DNA of 61,367 nucleotides from Basidiobolus meristosporus CBS 931.73 (lineage: Eukaryota; Fungi; Basidiobolomycota): positions 1 to 61,367 of the forward strand of contig MCFE01000535.1 in assembly GCA_002104905.1 (NCBI GenBank), in the 5' to 3' direction. The notes under the pieces were generated by a model. The model did no database searches. It saw only the letters and a program-made list of their open reading frames with translations, and was not told the origin of the DNA. A program made the position numbers and the translations under genes. This document shows, piece after piece, positions 38,814 through 49,905 of the stretch; the stretch's first letter is position 1, and the number at the start of each line of letters is the position of its first letter.

Positions 38814-39335
38814 TGTCATGATCACATGACAACCATGAACACCCATGCCAAGTTTCAGCTTCCTAGCTCAATTTCTAAGAGATTCCTTTTGGAACCTTCT
38901 ACCACCTTCCAGAAAGCTCCTGACCATTCCAAACCATTGTTACACAACAAAACATTCCATGGAAGCTTCCCATTGTATTTCTCATAGTCCAGTACCACAT
39001 ATGGAAATACCAGGTCACATGACTTAGTCACATGATCAGGTGACCCAATCCATTTCCCCATCCTGTCTCAGTGCCGTGTCATCTATGTTATTATCCCCAG
39101 CACCACTCCTGTGCCTCACCCCACAACCCCATATAATATTAGCCAATATCTCTTGGCATCAGTATAGCCAAAAAGTATATATAGTCCTATCCCCCCTTAA
39201 GTATTCCTCAGTCTGATAAACACAGGTCTTCAATAAACAGCCTTGCCTTGAATCCTGCCTTGCCTTGATGGTCCACACCAAAGTCCTTTCCTGCCATGCC
39301 TAGCTTTTCCTCCTGCCTTGTGTCTATTCATAACA
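38814..39335 (+). repeat. 5' LTR of gypsy copy 1
   Basis: TGTCATGATC...TTCATAACA; 8 mismatches against the 3' LTR by eye; TATATATA at 39176-39183. Confidence 0.97.
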
Positions 39336-39741
39336 GTTTTATTAGACTCTCCTGACTTACCTGTGGTTCCCTGCCTTCTGCCCAAAGTTTGAAGAACACT
39401 TGTAAAAGGAATACTCACCGTAAGTATCACCCACCATCTTTCCCTAGTCTTGCCCTATAAAGGCAAAGATACTTTATCTTTGTAAAACTATTGGTCAAAG
39501 CTGCATTTACTTTATTACCCTGCTGGTGGAGTTTACAGTTGTTACAGTATTGGAAGCTTTAGTACAATACTCTATCAAAGGACATTGAAACCAGTACCTT
39601 CTGAAGCAATGCTAACTTATTTAAGTTGGGGATTATGGCTCAATAGTTGTATTCTTGACATACTAGTGGCTTTACAAACCCACAACCTAGTTTAGTATAT
39701 TCCAGTATTCCTTGCAAGTTCATCCGCCTTCCTCTGCTACC

Positions 39742-40675
39742 ATGGCCAACCTAGAGCTGAACTTTGCCCAGCTCATGGCTGCCTTTACCCAACTGCAGCA
39801 AGACCATGCAGACCTCAGGAACACTCTTGCTCAGTTCCAGAACCAAAGTGTCCAGCAAACTAGTCATGTCCTTGTCTACCAAGAACCCAAGTATACTCCT
39901 GCTACCAAGTTCAATGGCTCTCAGAATGAATTCCGTTGCTTCATCAACATGGTGAGGAACAATCTTGCACTCCAGCCCAACTAGTACCCCACTGACCAGG
40001 CCAAAGTTGGCTTCATCTCCAACCTGCTTACTGGTACAGCTCTCAAGTGGTTCTCCCCCTTAGTGGAGCCCAACTCTCCCCTACTCAGAGACTACCAAGC
40101 CTTTCTCACTGAAATGGAGCTAACATTTGGTAACATTGACCAAGCCAGAACTGCTGCCAACAAGATCAAGACCCCCAAACAAGGGAACAAGCCAGCATCA
40201 GTCTATGCCTTGGAATTCCAACAACTCTCCAGTGACCTCAGCTCCTGGGGTCAAGCAGCCTTGATTAGCCAATTCCAAGATGGCCTCAATGATGAGGTTG
40301 GTGATCTGCTACTCACACTCCCAGATCCAGATACATTGGTTGAAGCTATGCACCAAGCAATCTGGTGTGATAACAGACTATTCCAGAAGAAGCAAAAGAA
40401 CCGTCAAAGACACATTCCTGTTGCAGTCCCAGCCCCTCCTGCTCCCCAAGTCACTCCAGAAGATCCTATGCAGATTGATAGTGCCAAATACAAAAAACTA
40501 TCAAAGAGTGAAAAGTCCAGATGTCAACAAGCCAACCTCTGTCTATACTGTGGCCAACCAGGTTCACTTTGCCAAGTCCTGCCCCTACAAGAAGTCCAGC
40601 TTCAAGCTGATGCGGTCCTCCAGTAACCAACCAGATTCAGATCTGTTGGGAAACTCCAATGTCCAGTTGCACTGA
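39742..40675 (+). pseudogene. gag of gypsy copy 1 (premature TAG at 39982-39984; +1 insertion in the zinc knuckle near 40563)
   Basis: MANLELNF..PATKFNGSQNEFRCF..KVGFISNLLTGTALKW..KQGNKPASVYALEF..PMQID..CLYCGQPG. Copy 2 reads CLYCGQPGHFAKSC without the insertion. Confidence 0.9.
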
Positions 40676-40692
40676 CAGGCTTGCAACTGGAC
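40648..40692 (+). promoter_or_regulatory. -1 programmed ribosomal frameshift signal at the gag-pol junction
   Basis: G GGA AAC slippery heptamer in the gag frame (40648-40654), 6-nt spacer, then a perfect 11-bp stem GTCCAGTTGCA/TGCAACTGGAC with a 10-nt loop. The -1 frame is open into pol. Confidence 0.85.
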
Positions 40693-43600
40693 CCACCCAT
40701 GAAAATTCAGCATATCCAAGAATCTTCCTTTGCCACAAAATCTATCCAGTCCTTGAGAATGCCTGTCAAAATCCAGATCCCTGACTCCAGTCCTGTCCCA
40801 GTCCTAGCCCTGATTGATTCCGGTGCTTCATCCTGTTTCATTGACCAAGCCTTTGTCCAGAAGCACTCTATTCCTGCTACCTTGAAATCCTGGCCAGTCC
40901 AAGTAGAAGTTATTGATGGAAGATCACTCTCCTCTGGTGCCATTACCCATGAAACATGCTTACTCCAGCTGTCCAGTACTACTCACCAAGAAATAATTGC
41001 CTTCAACATCATCACCTCACCACACTATCCTATTGTGCTTGGAAGCTCATGGCTGAGCTACCACAATTCAAGTATTGATTGGAAATCCAAGATGCTGTCA
41101 TTCACCAGATCCCACCAAGTCAACTCCATGAAATCTCCAGACCCTGATTGCCATGAAAAGACTATTGCCAACAGTTCAACAGCCCAAAATACCTTGCCAG
41201 CTGCAGGAGCCCCCTGAGCAACTATACCAGCCAAGTACCAAGAGTTTGCCCATGTCTTTGACAAGAAGAAAGCAGAACTCCTCCCTGACCATTGGCCTTA
41301 TGACTGCCCTATTGACCTTGAAGATGGAAAAGTCCCTCCATTTGGCCCAATATATAACCTCTCCTAGCTGGAGTTGAAAGAACTCCATGGTTATATTCAA
41401 GAAAACCTCCAGAAGGGTTTTATTCAGCACTCCAAATCACCTGCTGGAGCCCCAATCCTCTTGGTCAAGAAGAATGGCACCCTCAGAATGTGTGTGTGGA
41501 CTACCATGCTTTGAATAAGATCACAGTCAAGAACTGCTACCCCCTGCCCCTGATCAACACACTGTTGGATCAGCTATAAAGTCTTCACTAAGATAGACTT
41601 GAGGGGAGCTTACAATCTTGTCAGAATCAAGCCTGGTGATGAATGGAAAACTGCCTTTTGCATAAGATATGGTCACTTTGAGTACAAAGTAATGCCATTT
41701 GGCCTCACCAATGCCCCTGCTGTGTTTCAACACCTCATGAATGACATATTCCGTGAATACCTTGACCAGTTTGTGGTAATCTACCTTGACGATATTCTCA
41801 TATACTCCAAGAGTCAAGATGAACATGATGAACATGTCAAGAAAGTATTGAGAAAACTAGACTCTGCCAGTCTTTATGCCAAGCTAGAGTGTGAATTTGA
41901 CCAGAGACAAGTGGAATTTCTTGGTTACCTCATCAGCCCTGAGGGAACAAGAATGGACCCAAGGAAAGTTGACTCAGTCCAATCCTGGAAAACTCCAAGC
42001 TCAGTCAAGGAAGTACAATCCTTCCTGGGATTTGCCAACTTCAATTGCAGGTTCATAGCCAGTTACTTCAAGATAGTCACCCCTTTGACAAAGCTTACCC
42101 AGAAGAACACACCTTTTGCCTGGAATGAGGAGCAATCCACTTCATTCAACCAACTCAAGAAATCTTTCCTGAAGGCCCCCCTGCTTGCCCACCCTGACCT
42201 TGAGAAGCAATTCATAGTGGAGACTGATGCTTCTGATTTTGCCCTTGGTGCCATACTCTCCCAGTATGATGAAGACAACATGTTGCACCCCATTGCATTC
42301 TACTCTTGGAAGTTTTCCCCTGCAGAGATCAACTATGATATCTATGATAAGGAGTTGCTTGCCATCATTGTAGCCTTTGAGCAATGGAGACACTACCTGG
42401 ACGGTGCAAAACACAAAATCAAAGTCTTCTGTGACCATAAGAACCTTGAGTACTTTGCAACTTCCAAAGTACTAAATTGGAGACAAGCTAGATGGTCACT
42501 CTTCCTGTCCAGCTTTGACTTTACTATCACCTATAGACCTGGTGCAAAGCAAGGAAAGCCTGATGCCCTGTCCAGAAAAAAGGAATGAATATGCCCTGGA
42601 AGAGGGAGATGATGCCTGTTGGCAAATGGAATACCCATTGCTGAGCAAGAAACATTTTGAGATTCTTGCCACCTAGTCCTCAAGTCTTGTCACCCCTTCA
42701 TTCCTAGTAAGGATATCAGAATCCCAAGCCTCCAATACAACTTCCAGCACCATCAAGAAATATCTGGAATCCCCAGTTGGGCCCCCTCTCAAGTTCCCAA
42801 ACACCCAGAACCTGCATTTGGTAAACAACCTCATCTACCACAAGCAGCAGCTTTATGTCCCAGACCTTGTCACCCAGCTAGACATCATTAAGTCTTGGCA
42901 TGATTCAATGGCTGCAGGCCACTTTGGTACCGCCAAAACCTTGAATGCTATCAAAAGAGATTTCTGGTGGCATAGAATGATAACTCTTATCAAAGAATAC
43001 ATTCTGACTTGTGATATTTGCTACCAGGCAAAACCAGCCAGACACCAGCCCTATGGACTTCTTCAGCCCTTGCCTATCTCAGAACACCAATGGAGATCTA
43101 TATCTATGGACTTCATTACTGACCTCCCTGAGTCCTGTGGCTTCAATGCTATACTTGTAGTGGCTGACCAGCTGACCACAATGGCTCACTTTATCCCTTG
43201 CTGTAAGAACACTGATGCAAAAGAAACCGCTGAGTTAGTCCGCAAGAATATTTTCCACCTTCATGGTATCCCCAGTGATATTGTGTCACATAGAGGCCCC
43301 CAGTTTGTGTCCAAGTCTTGGAAACACTTCATCCAATACCTTGGTGTTCAAGTCAAGCTCTCTACTGCCTTCCATTCACAGTCTGATGGCCAGACTGAAA
43401 GAATCAACCAGATTTTAGAGCAATACCTCTGGTGCTATATCAATTACCAGCAAGACAATTGGGTTGATCTACTCCCTGTTGTTGAGTTTGCCTACAACCA
43501 CTCAAGCCATAGTGCGACCGGTTTTACATCATTCTATGCAAACTATGGATTCCACCCTCAGTTTGATATCCAGATTCCAACAAACCCAATGAGCCCACAT

Positions 43601-44188
43601 GCGGCTGAACATGCCCAAGCAATCCAGGACATCAGGAATACCCTCAAGGAAGAGCTATCCTTAACTCAGGAAAGCTACAAGAAATTTGCCAATCTAAAAT
43701 GGCATCCCAGCCCTGATCTTAATGAAGGAGATTCTGTATGGTTGCTCAGAAGAAACATCAGCACTGACCACCCTTGTGACAAATTGGATTTCAAGAAACT
43801 TGGTCCCTTCAAGATCAAGAAGAAGCTTAGCCTTATAGTATATCAGCTACAGTTACCAGCAAGTATGAAAATCCATGATACTCTCCATGTGTCCCTCCTG
43901 GAGCCATATTGCAGGAACACCTTGCCAAACTGGCAAGAAGCAATGCCCCAAGCCATCCAGGTTGACCAATATCAAGAATTTGAAGTTGAACAGATTCTAG
44001 ACTCCAAGTATATCCGGTCAAAGCTGTACTACTTAGTAGACTGGATTGGTTATGGTCCAAGTGACCAATCATGGGAACCAGCTACCCATCTCACTAATTG
44101 TCAAGAACTAGGTACCCAGTTCCACCAGCAAAATCCTGCAAAACCTGCCCCAAAAGGAAACAGAGCTTTGCCTGGAAGAGGAGAATAG
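40681..44188 (+). pseudogene. pol of gypsy copy 1 (PR-RT-RH-IN-chromodomain), disrupted
   Basis: ORF fragments 40681-41217, 41599-42588 and 42818-44188. Relative to copy 2: TCA>TGA near 41218, indels near 41470-41580, and an insertion near 42587. The polypurine tract GGAAGAGGAGAATAG (44174-44188) abuts the 3' LTR. Confidence 0.93.
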
Positions 44189-44710
44189 TGTCATGATCAC
44201 ATGACAACCATGAACACCCATGCCAAGTTTCAGCTTCCTAGCTCAATTTCTAAGAGATTCCTTCTGGAACATTCTACCACCTTCCAGAAAGCTCCTGACC
44301 ATTCCAAACCATTGTTACACAACAAAACATTCCATGGAAGCTTCCCATTGTATTTCTCATAGTCCAGTACCACATATGGAAATACCAGGTCACATGACTT
44401 AGTCACATCATCAGGTGACCCAATCCATTTCCCCATCCTGTCTCAGTGCTGTGTCATCTATGTTATTATCCCTAGCACCACTCCTGTGCCTCACCCCACA
44501 ACCCCATTTAATATTTGCCAATATCTCTTGGCATCAGTATAGCCAAAAAGTATATATAGTCCTATCCCCCCTTGAGTATTCCTCAGTCTGATAAACACAG
44601 GTCTTCAATAAACAGCCTTGCCTTGAATCCTGCCTTGCCTTGATGGTCCACACCAAAGTCCTTTCCTGCCATGCCTAGCTTTTCCTCCTGCCTTGTGTCT
44701 ATTCATAACA
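44189..44710 (+). repeat. 3' LTR of gypsy copy 1
   Basis: 522-bp direct repeat of 38814-39335, preceded by the PPT and followed by TSD CTTTG. Confidence 0.97.
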
Positions 44711-45849
44711 CTTTGACACTTGTCTGGAGCTTTTGACCCTGCTTGTAATGGGCTCTTGTGGAAGATGCTGGTTTTTAGCAATGGCACCTTTGTTCATCTG
44801 CCTTTGATAGTTTCTGCTATTCTTAAGATAATTTCTTAGCATACCAATGTGGGCCCAAAATCCATTTGCCTGGGTGAATCCAGGATAATGCTCATGGAAC
44901 AAGTCTAGTGCATTCTGCTTGGCCTTAAGTTCTTGATGGTCCCATGGTATGCTGGCCTTAAGGTGATGCCATGCTGGACTTCTGACAGCCTATTGAATAT
45001 TAGCCCACACTTCATTATTGCACTCAACAGCTTCATATATTTTCAATGTCTTGTAACTTTTAGGCCTTGGCATAAACACCACAGTGTCTCCCTCCCACAC
45101 TGTGATAGGTCTTTCTGTGGGCTTTATCTTTGGACACTGTTGTGGTGCTTCAAGAACTGTATTGTGTTCCTCTGCTGTAACATCAGGAAATGGCTCAAAT
45201 CATGGCTGTGAAATTGAGCCACTTGAGTTCCTTCCTTGCAGCAAAGTTACCACTTTCTCTACCTGGGATATTGATTGCTCTACATGTATTATTGGCACAT
45301 CCTGTTTCTGGACTATTTCCTGATTTCTCTGGGCCCTTACATCTATCCTATCAGCCACTGCACCTAATTGCTTCATTAATACTTTGGTATGAGCTGGCAC
45401 CATACTTGCTAATATGGGTGGTGGTGATGTTATGGCAGCTACTTGCTGGTCTTCAACTGAGGGTACTGAGTTTGCTACATTCTCATCTGCCTGAGCATAA
45501 CAGTCAGCTTGTGGCTCTGCAGAGGTTCTATATTGCCTACTTGACTGAGAGCCTGAGGAGTCTGCATTGTTACCTTCAGTGGGCACACTGTTAACATGGC
45601 CTTTTTTGGATTTAGCACTGCTTGAAGCACTGAGTGCCAAAGCAAGCTGTTGTCCAACCATTCTTCTGCTGCTGTCAGAGGAGGGGTTTGGTAGGGAACC
45701 AGATAACTTTGCTTTATTTTTTGGTGGAATATATATGAAAGTGAGTCAGACCAATGTGGAAATAGTGTTACATATACGTGTGTATGTGGTGCCACAACTT
45801 TGTTTATAATGCTTAATATGGTGGGTCATCATTGAATCTTACATTCAAG

Positions 45850-46122
45850 TAGGTGCAATATCTCAAATACAAGACTGTCTTAAATTCTCATGAGTATTGA
45901 CCAAAAAGTGATATAATAGCATACATTGTTGAAGGTCAAACTGTTTGCCCCATGGATAAGACTACTTTGATACAACACTGCAAGAGAAGAGAAAAAAGAC
46001 CATGTGGCTATTGTAGCAAGCCTCTCAGCCATGAAGTATGCAGACAGAATAGGAAGTATTACAAGGATCATGGCCAGTGTTTTGCCACCCAAGTCATATT
46101 TGACCATTCATCAGTCACTATT
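45850..46122 (+). pseudogene. Probable 5' fragment of the CACTA transposase, cut at the ATT target site
   Basis: Cys-rich ORF (VCPMDK..HCKRR..PCGYCSKP) ends at the PHIS TIR (46123). The matching ATT at 55521-55523 leads into recognisable Transposase_21 sequence. Confidence 0.45.
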
Positions 46123-46305
46123 AGACTTGTTCTGTTGGATAGTGCTACATAGTGCCAGCCTGTTTATGGTGCTGGATTGATCTGGCACTCTACGGCACTA
46201 TCTGGCACTATAATTTCTACCATGATGCCAGTGGTATGATACAGTTACTAGTAATTTTACTCAATCTTACTTATGTTGCTCAGAATAGTGCTTTCCTTGC
46301 TTTAT

Positions 46306-47190
46306 TTACTCTTCATAATGCTCCAGACACATTTCTCTCAGTGTATGTCTTCTTGTATGCACATACTGTGCATTAATAAGTATCTTAACTATTTTACCTA
46401 TTCTGCTGTTTTCACCTTTATATGACTTTCCTCTGTATTTACCTGCCAATATGCTGAATCTCTTCAGATATCCAAATGTGTGCTCTACCTTTACTCTGAA
46501 ATGATTAAATATCTCATTGTAGAGCTTCTGCTTCCTGCTAAGCACACCATTCCTTGGCTTCCTATAAGCTGTAATACATCCTAATCTCTGACAATCCTCT
46601 CCTGTATAGGCTAAGTCTGCCATACATTTCTCCCCTCTACTGAATTCAGGATGATTCTCTACCCAGAGTGCTTTGTCATGCCTACTTCCAGCAAATGGCC
46701 CACTAAACCAGATGATGTTACCCTCAATGTCAGACAGTGCTTGAAACTTCACACAGTGTGCCTTGTACTTGCCAGAATAAAAGTGCCTCTGCCCTCTAGA
46801 AGGTCTGTTAATCCTCACTGGGAAGGTATCCAAAATACTCCTGATATGGAACCTGTTGCTCAACACTCTGGGATATGGAAGTCTATTGCAGCTTCAGAAC
46901 CTAGTATTCCAAGCTTGCTCTAAGTCATTCATACCCTCTGCAAGGTGGTTCTCCATTGCTGTCAGCTGGGAATGAAAGCTTCTAGGACTTTTGTTGCCAT
47001 GGATGGTGGGATGAAACCTTGTAGGGCAATAGTTCTTGTAATAGCAGAGAAGCTTAACAAGGGATCTCCTTGAGTAGATTGGGGTTGATGGGCCACAGTA
47101 CTTGGAATAGATCTCCTCTAGTGTGTCAAAAGGAAATCCAGTGGTAGTGATGGGATTGATGAGAAAAGACCATTCAGATGAGTAAGTCAT
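46306..47190 (-). pseudogene. DDE_Tnp_4-like transposase of copy A, one nonsense codon (46894-46896)
   Basis: ILDTFPVRINRPS..FYSGKYKAHCVKFQA..SGPFAGSRHD..ADLAYTG..HFRVKVEHTFGYLKRF. The TGA corresponds to AGA in copies C and D. Confidence 0.9.
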
Positions 47191-47509
47191 ATGAAAATTG
47201 ATGGGTGATTGTATGGAGGCGGTTTGAATTGATTTGGCGCAATCTGCATTATTTATCTGATTTTTAACACATTATGGTTAAATCTCCATCAATTGCCATG
47301 TATCCCATCATTATGTTGCAAAAGTCATCCGCAAACAATGCCTTGGTACTTTTATTGATGCGTTAATCACAGGTCTAAAATCAAATAGGAAATCTGCGAT
47401 TGATGTGATCTGATCCGTGTCAACACAATCCAAGATGCATCATGCATAATATATGGAAAATTCAACAATCACTTTAGTTTTCATATATATTTCATATAAG
47501 ACCAGGTTG

Positions 47510-48869
47510 ATGCCAATATACTGCTGTATAAGTATCCAAATCCATTGCTATGGTCCCTATAAAAAGCCTCAACTCATCTTTGGTACAACCCAGACAAAAT
47601 CCATCCCCCAGCTCACAAGCGCGGTCTGGACTGGAGAAGTCTATGTCGGATCTGTTGAAATTCTTGCCAAATGATTTTAGTATGGCCCAAGTGTCTATGA
47701 TGAGCCTTCATACAGATATTTGGGCACTACTGATTAATCTAGCAGAACTAGATACCTCAGAGAGTTGACAAAGATGGAAAAATTTGAGTAGAAAGCTGTG
47801 GCATGAGTTCTACATCAAGATGCCAGCCAATGTATGTAAAAAGATATATAACAAGACAAGTATTGAAATCAAGAATGAGCTGAGAGTGAGGGGATTTGAC
47901 AAAGAAGCCACGCGGGAATAATTTTGCATGCAATTTGCACAGTACGGGCCGGACGCGTCCGTTTGTGCCTCAACTTTGGGAACCAAAGAGATTTTGAATG
48001 AGTTTTTGCCTCAAATGACTAATGTACTACGTGATATATTAGTAGAGCTAAGTGGCTTCCGAGAGCAATATACACAGGACTCATCCAGGCAACAGCTCCA
48101 AAGTATCAGACAGAGGGTAAGTGAATACCTTGAGGAATCAGATGGTGAGCTTCAGGAGGAAGAATACAGACCGCAGGCAACATTGTCCAGATCACACCAG
48201 CACGCCTTGCTGGATTCCCTACCATCTCTTGCAAACACAGCACGCCGGCACACGTCAGTCCAGACCACGCCAACACCCTTTACCAGAACGCACTGCGTTG
48301 AGTCAACGCATGCGCTTCAAAGCAAAACTACAAGAACTTGCCAAAGTGCTCATTTAGACATGAGTCCATTGGAGCGGACCAAGTCACGTCAACATGTGGC
48401 ATCACATTGAACTCAGCCAAGGGCCATCTTAATGTGTCAAGGCGCGCCTGCGCGTGCCGTTTTGCCTGACCATCAGCAAGTTACTTCTGGTGAACTGACT
48501 GATGATGACCAACATGAAGTGCCTCAACCACCGGAGCCCTTGGCAAGTAAAAGAATGCGTCAACGTGTGGCACTACAGGCTGGTTCAGTTGGTTCAGTTG
48601 GAGCAATTCAGCGTGGCCAAGCTGCAGCATTGCACTCATCAACTAGGAGGCAAAATACTGACTACAAATACACAAGTAGCCAAGATGATAGTCAGCCAGG
48701 AAGTAGCATAGGTGTGCAAAGTGAGTCACTACCAAATGCTTCAGTAGTAATCCCTGTGAGAAAAGAACCCAGGAGAAGATTATGCAATTGCTTTGAATCA
48801 CTCACATTTGTATTGATCCTGACAACCCTTTTTTTTTGCAATCCAAATCAAGCCATTGCAAATCAGTGA
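47510..48869 (+). pseudogene. Accessory (second) gene of the PHIS-type element, copy A; spliced, function unknown
   Basis: ORFs 47928-48410 and 48432-48869 with a coiled-coil-like segment (QQLQSIRQRVSEYLEESDGELQEEE). Homologous copies at ~53.5-54.8 kb (+) and ~49.9-51.0 kb (-). Confidence 0.6.
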
Positions 48870-49525
48870 TCATCAAATTTTTGATATAAGTAATATCAAG
48901 GTTGTCTCACATTTGAGACAGAACCCCTATAAATAAACACCCTGCATATATATATGTCATCTGTAATACCAGTGCAGCTATTGGATCTGTTTAGCACCTA
49001 CACAATTGCTTGCGTGCTAGCTATGACACCTTGTCCAATCACTAGGATCAGGGATTTACTTGCTCAATGGGCAAAATGGGATATTTGATGGCAAATCAGG
49101 TAGCTTTTTCAGTAGTCAATGAGCCAATTGAGGGCTGCCCGCTTCAAGATAGTTTTGGACCAATTAACCACTGAGATACCGTCCAATTGGAGTGAGGGTA
49201 ACCAAAATGGTAAGTATCAGTGTAGTTTATAGTGTGATACACATTTATTTCCATTTACATTAAAGAAACATATCCAAATACCGGATATTACCTGCCATTA
49301 TAGCGGTATCCAATTGCGCACATGATGCAAACATTACGAGTTGGCGCAATCATCCGTGCCAACCTCATTGTGTCAGATTGTGCCACAGTGTGCAAGATTG
49401 TCCCGCATAGTGCAAAATTGTCCAAGAACAATCCTGCCTTCTGGTAGCTATGATATTGCGCCCAATTGTTCTTTACGACCGCGGATTGCACCATGCGCCC
49501 TGGCATGGTACATTGGAACAAGTCT

Positions 49526-49905
49526 ATTTCAGAGTGAGGGTAGAGCACACATTTGGATATCTGAAGAGATTCAGCATATTAGCAGGTAAATACAGGGGAA
49601 AGTCATATAAAGGTGAAAACAGCAGAATAGGTAAAATAGTTAAGATACTTATTAATGCACAGTATGTGCATACAAGAAGACATACACTGAGAGAAATGTG
49701 TCTGGAGCATTATGAAGAGTAAATAAAGCAAGGAAAGCACTATTCTGAGCAACATAAGTAAGATTGAGTAAAATTACCAGTAACTGTATCATACCACTGG
49801 CATCATGGTAGAAATTGTAGTGCCAGATAGTGCCATAGAGTGCCAGATTAATCTGGCACCATAAACAGGCTAGTACTATGTGCCACTATCCAACAGAACA
49901 AGTCT
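49526..49905 (+). mobile_element. Fragment B: 3' end of the transposase plus terminal TIR, inverted relative to copy A
   Basis: Begins ATTTCAGAGTGAGG (FRVRVEH...HYEE*) right after copy A's TIR and ends GAACAAGTCT at 49905. Inverted repeat of 46123-~46500. Confidence 0.9.

Larger units (their letters stand above)
38814..44710 (+). mobile_element. Full-length but decayed Ty3/gypsy chromovirus (copy 1), 5897 bp, with 5-bp TSD CTTTG
   Basis: 522-bp TG..CA LTRs; CTTTG at 38809-38813 and 44711-44715; gag with CCHC knuckle; PR (LIDSGA), RT (YLDD), RNase H, integrase, chromodomain; several stops and frameshifts. Confidence 0.97.
37760..45661 (-). mobile_element. Decayed minus-strand ORF remnants of a host element, split by the gypsy insertion; possibly the companion gene of the CACTA element
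   Basis: Fragmented CpG-poor ORFs at 37760-38388, 44699-44902 and 45200-45661. The 44902 ORF reads on for ~44 codons once 38814-44715 is removed. It is divergent from the transposase remnant at ~45.9 kb. Confidence 0.4.
46123..49525 (-). mobile_element. PHIS-type (IS5-like DDE_Tnp_4) two-gene DNA transposon, copy A, TIR to TIR (3403 bp)
   Basis: TIRs AGACTTGTTC at 46123 and GAACAAGTCT ending 49525; transposase on - (47190-46306); divergent spliced accessory gene on + (~47.5-48.9 kb). Confidence 0.9.

Noticed and set aside
38814-38831. 7-bp hairpin TGTCATG-ATCA-CATGACA and CACATG repeats at the LTR start
   Set aside because: Too short to separate from chance; no functional evidence.
47750-47835. 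RWKNLSRK as a Myb/SANT-like motif in the accessory gene
   Set aside because: It is preceded by TGA in all three copies, and copy C has further stops in that frame, so the true frame is unresolved.
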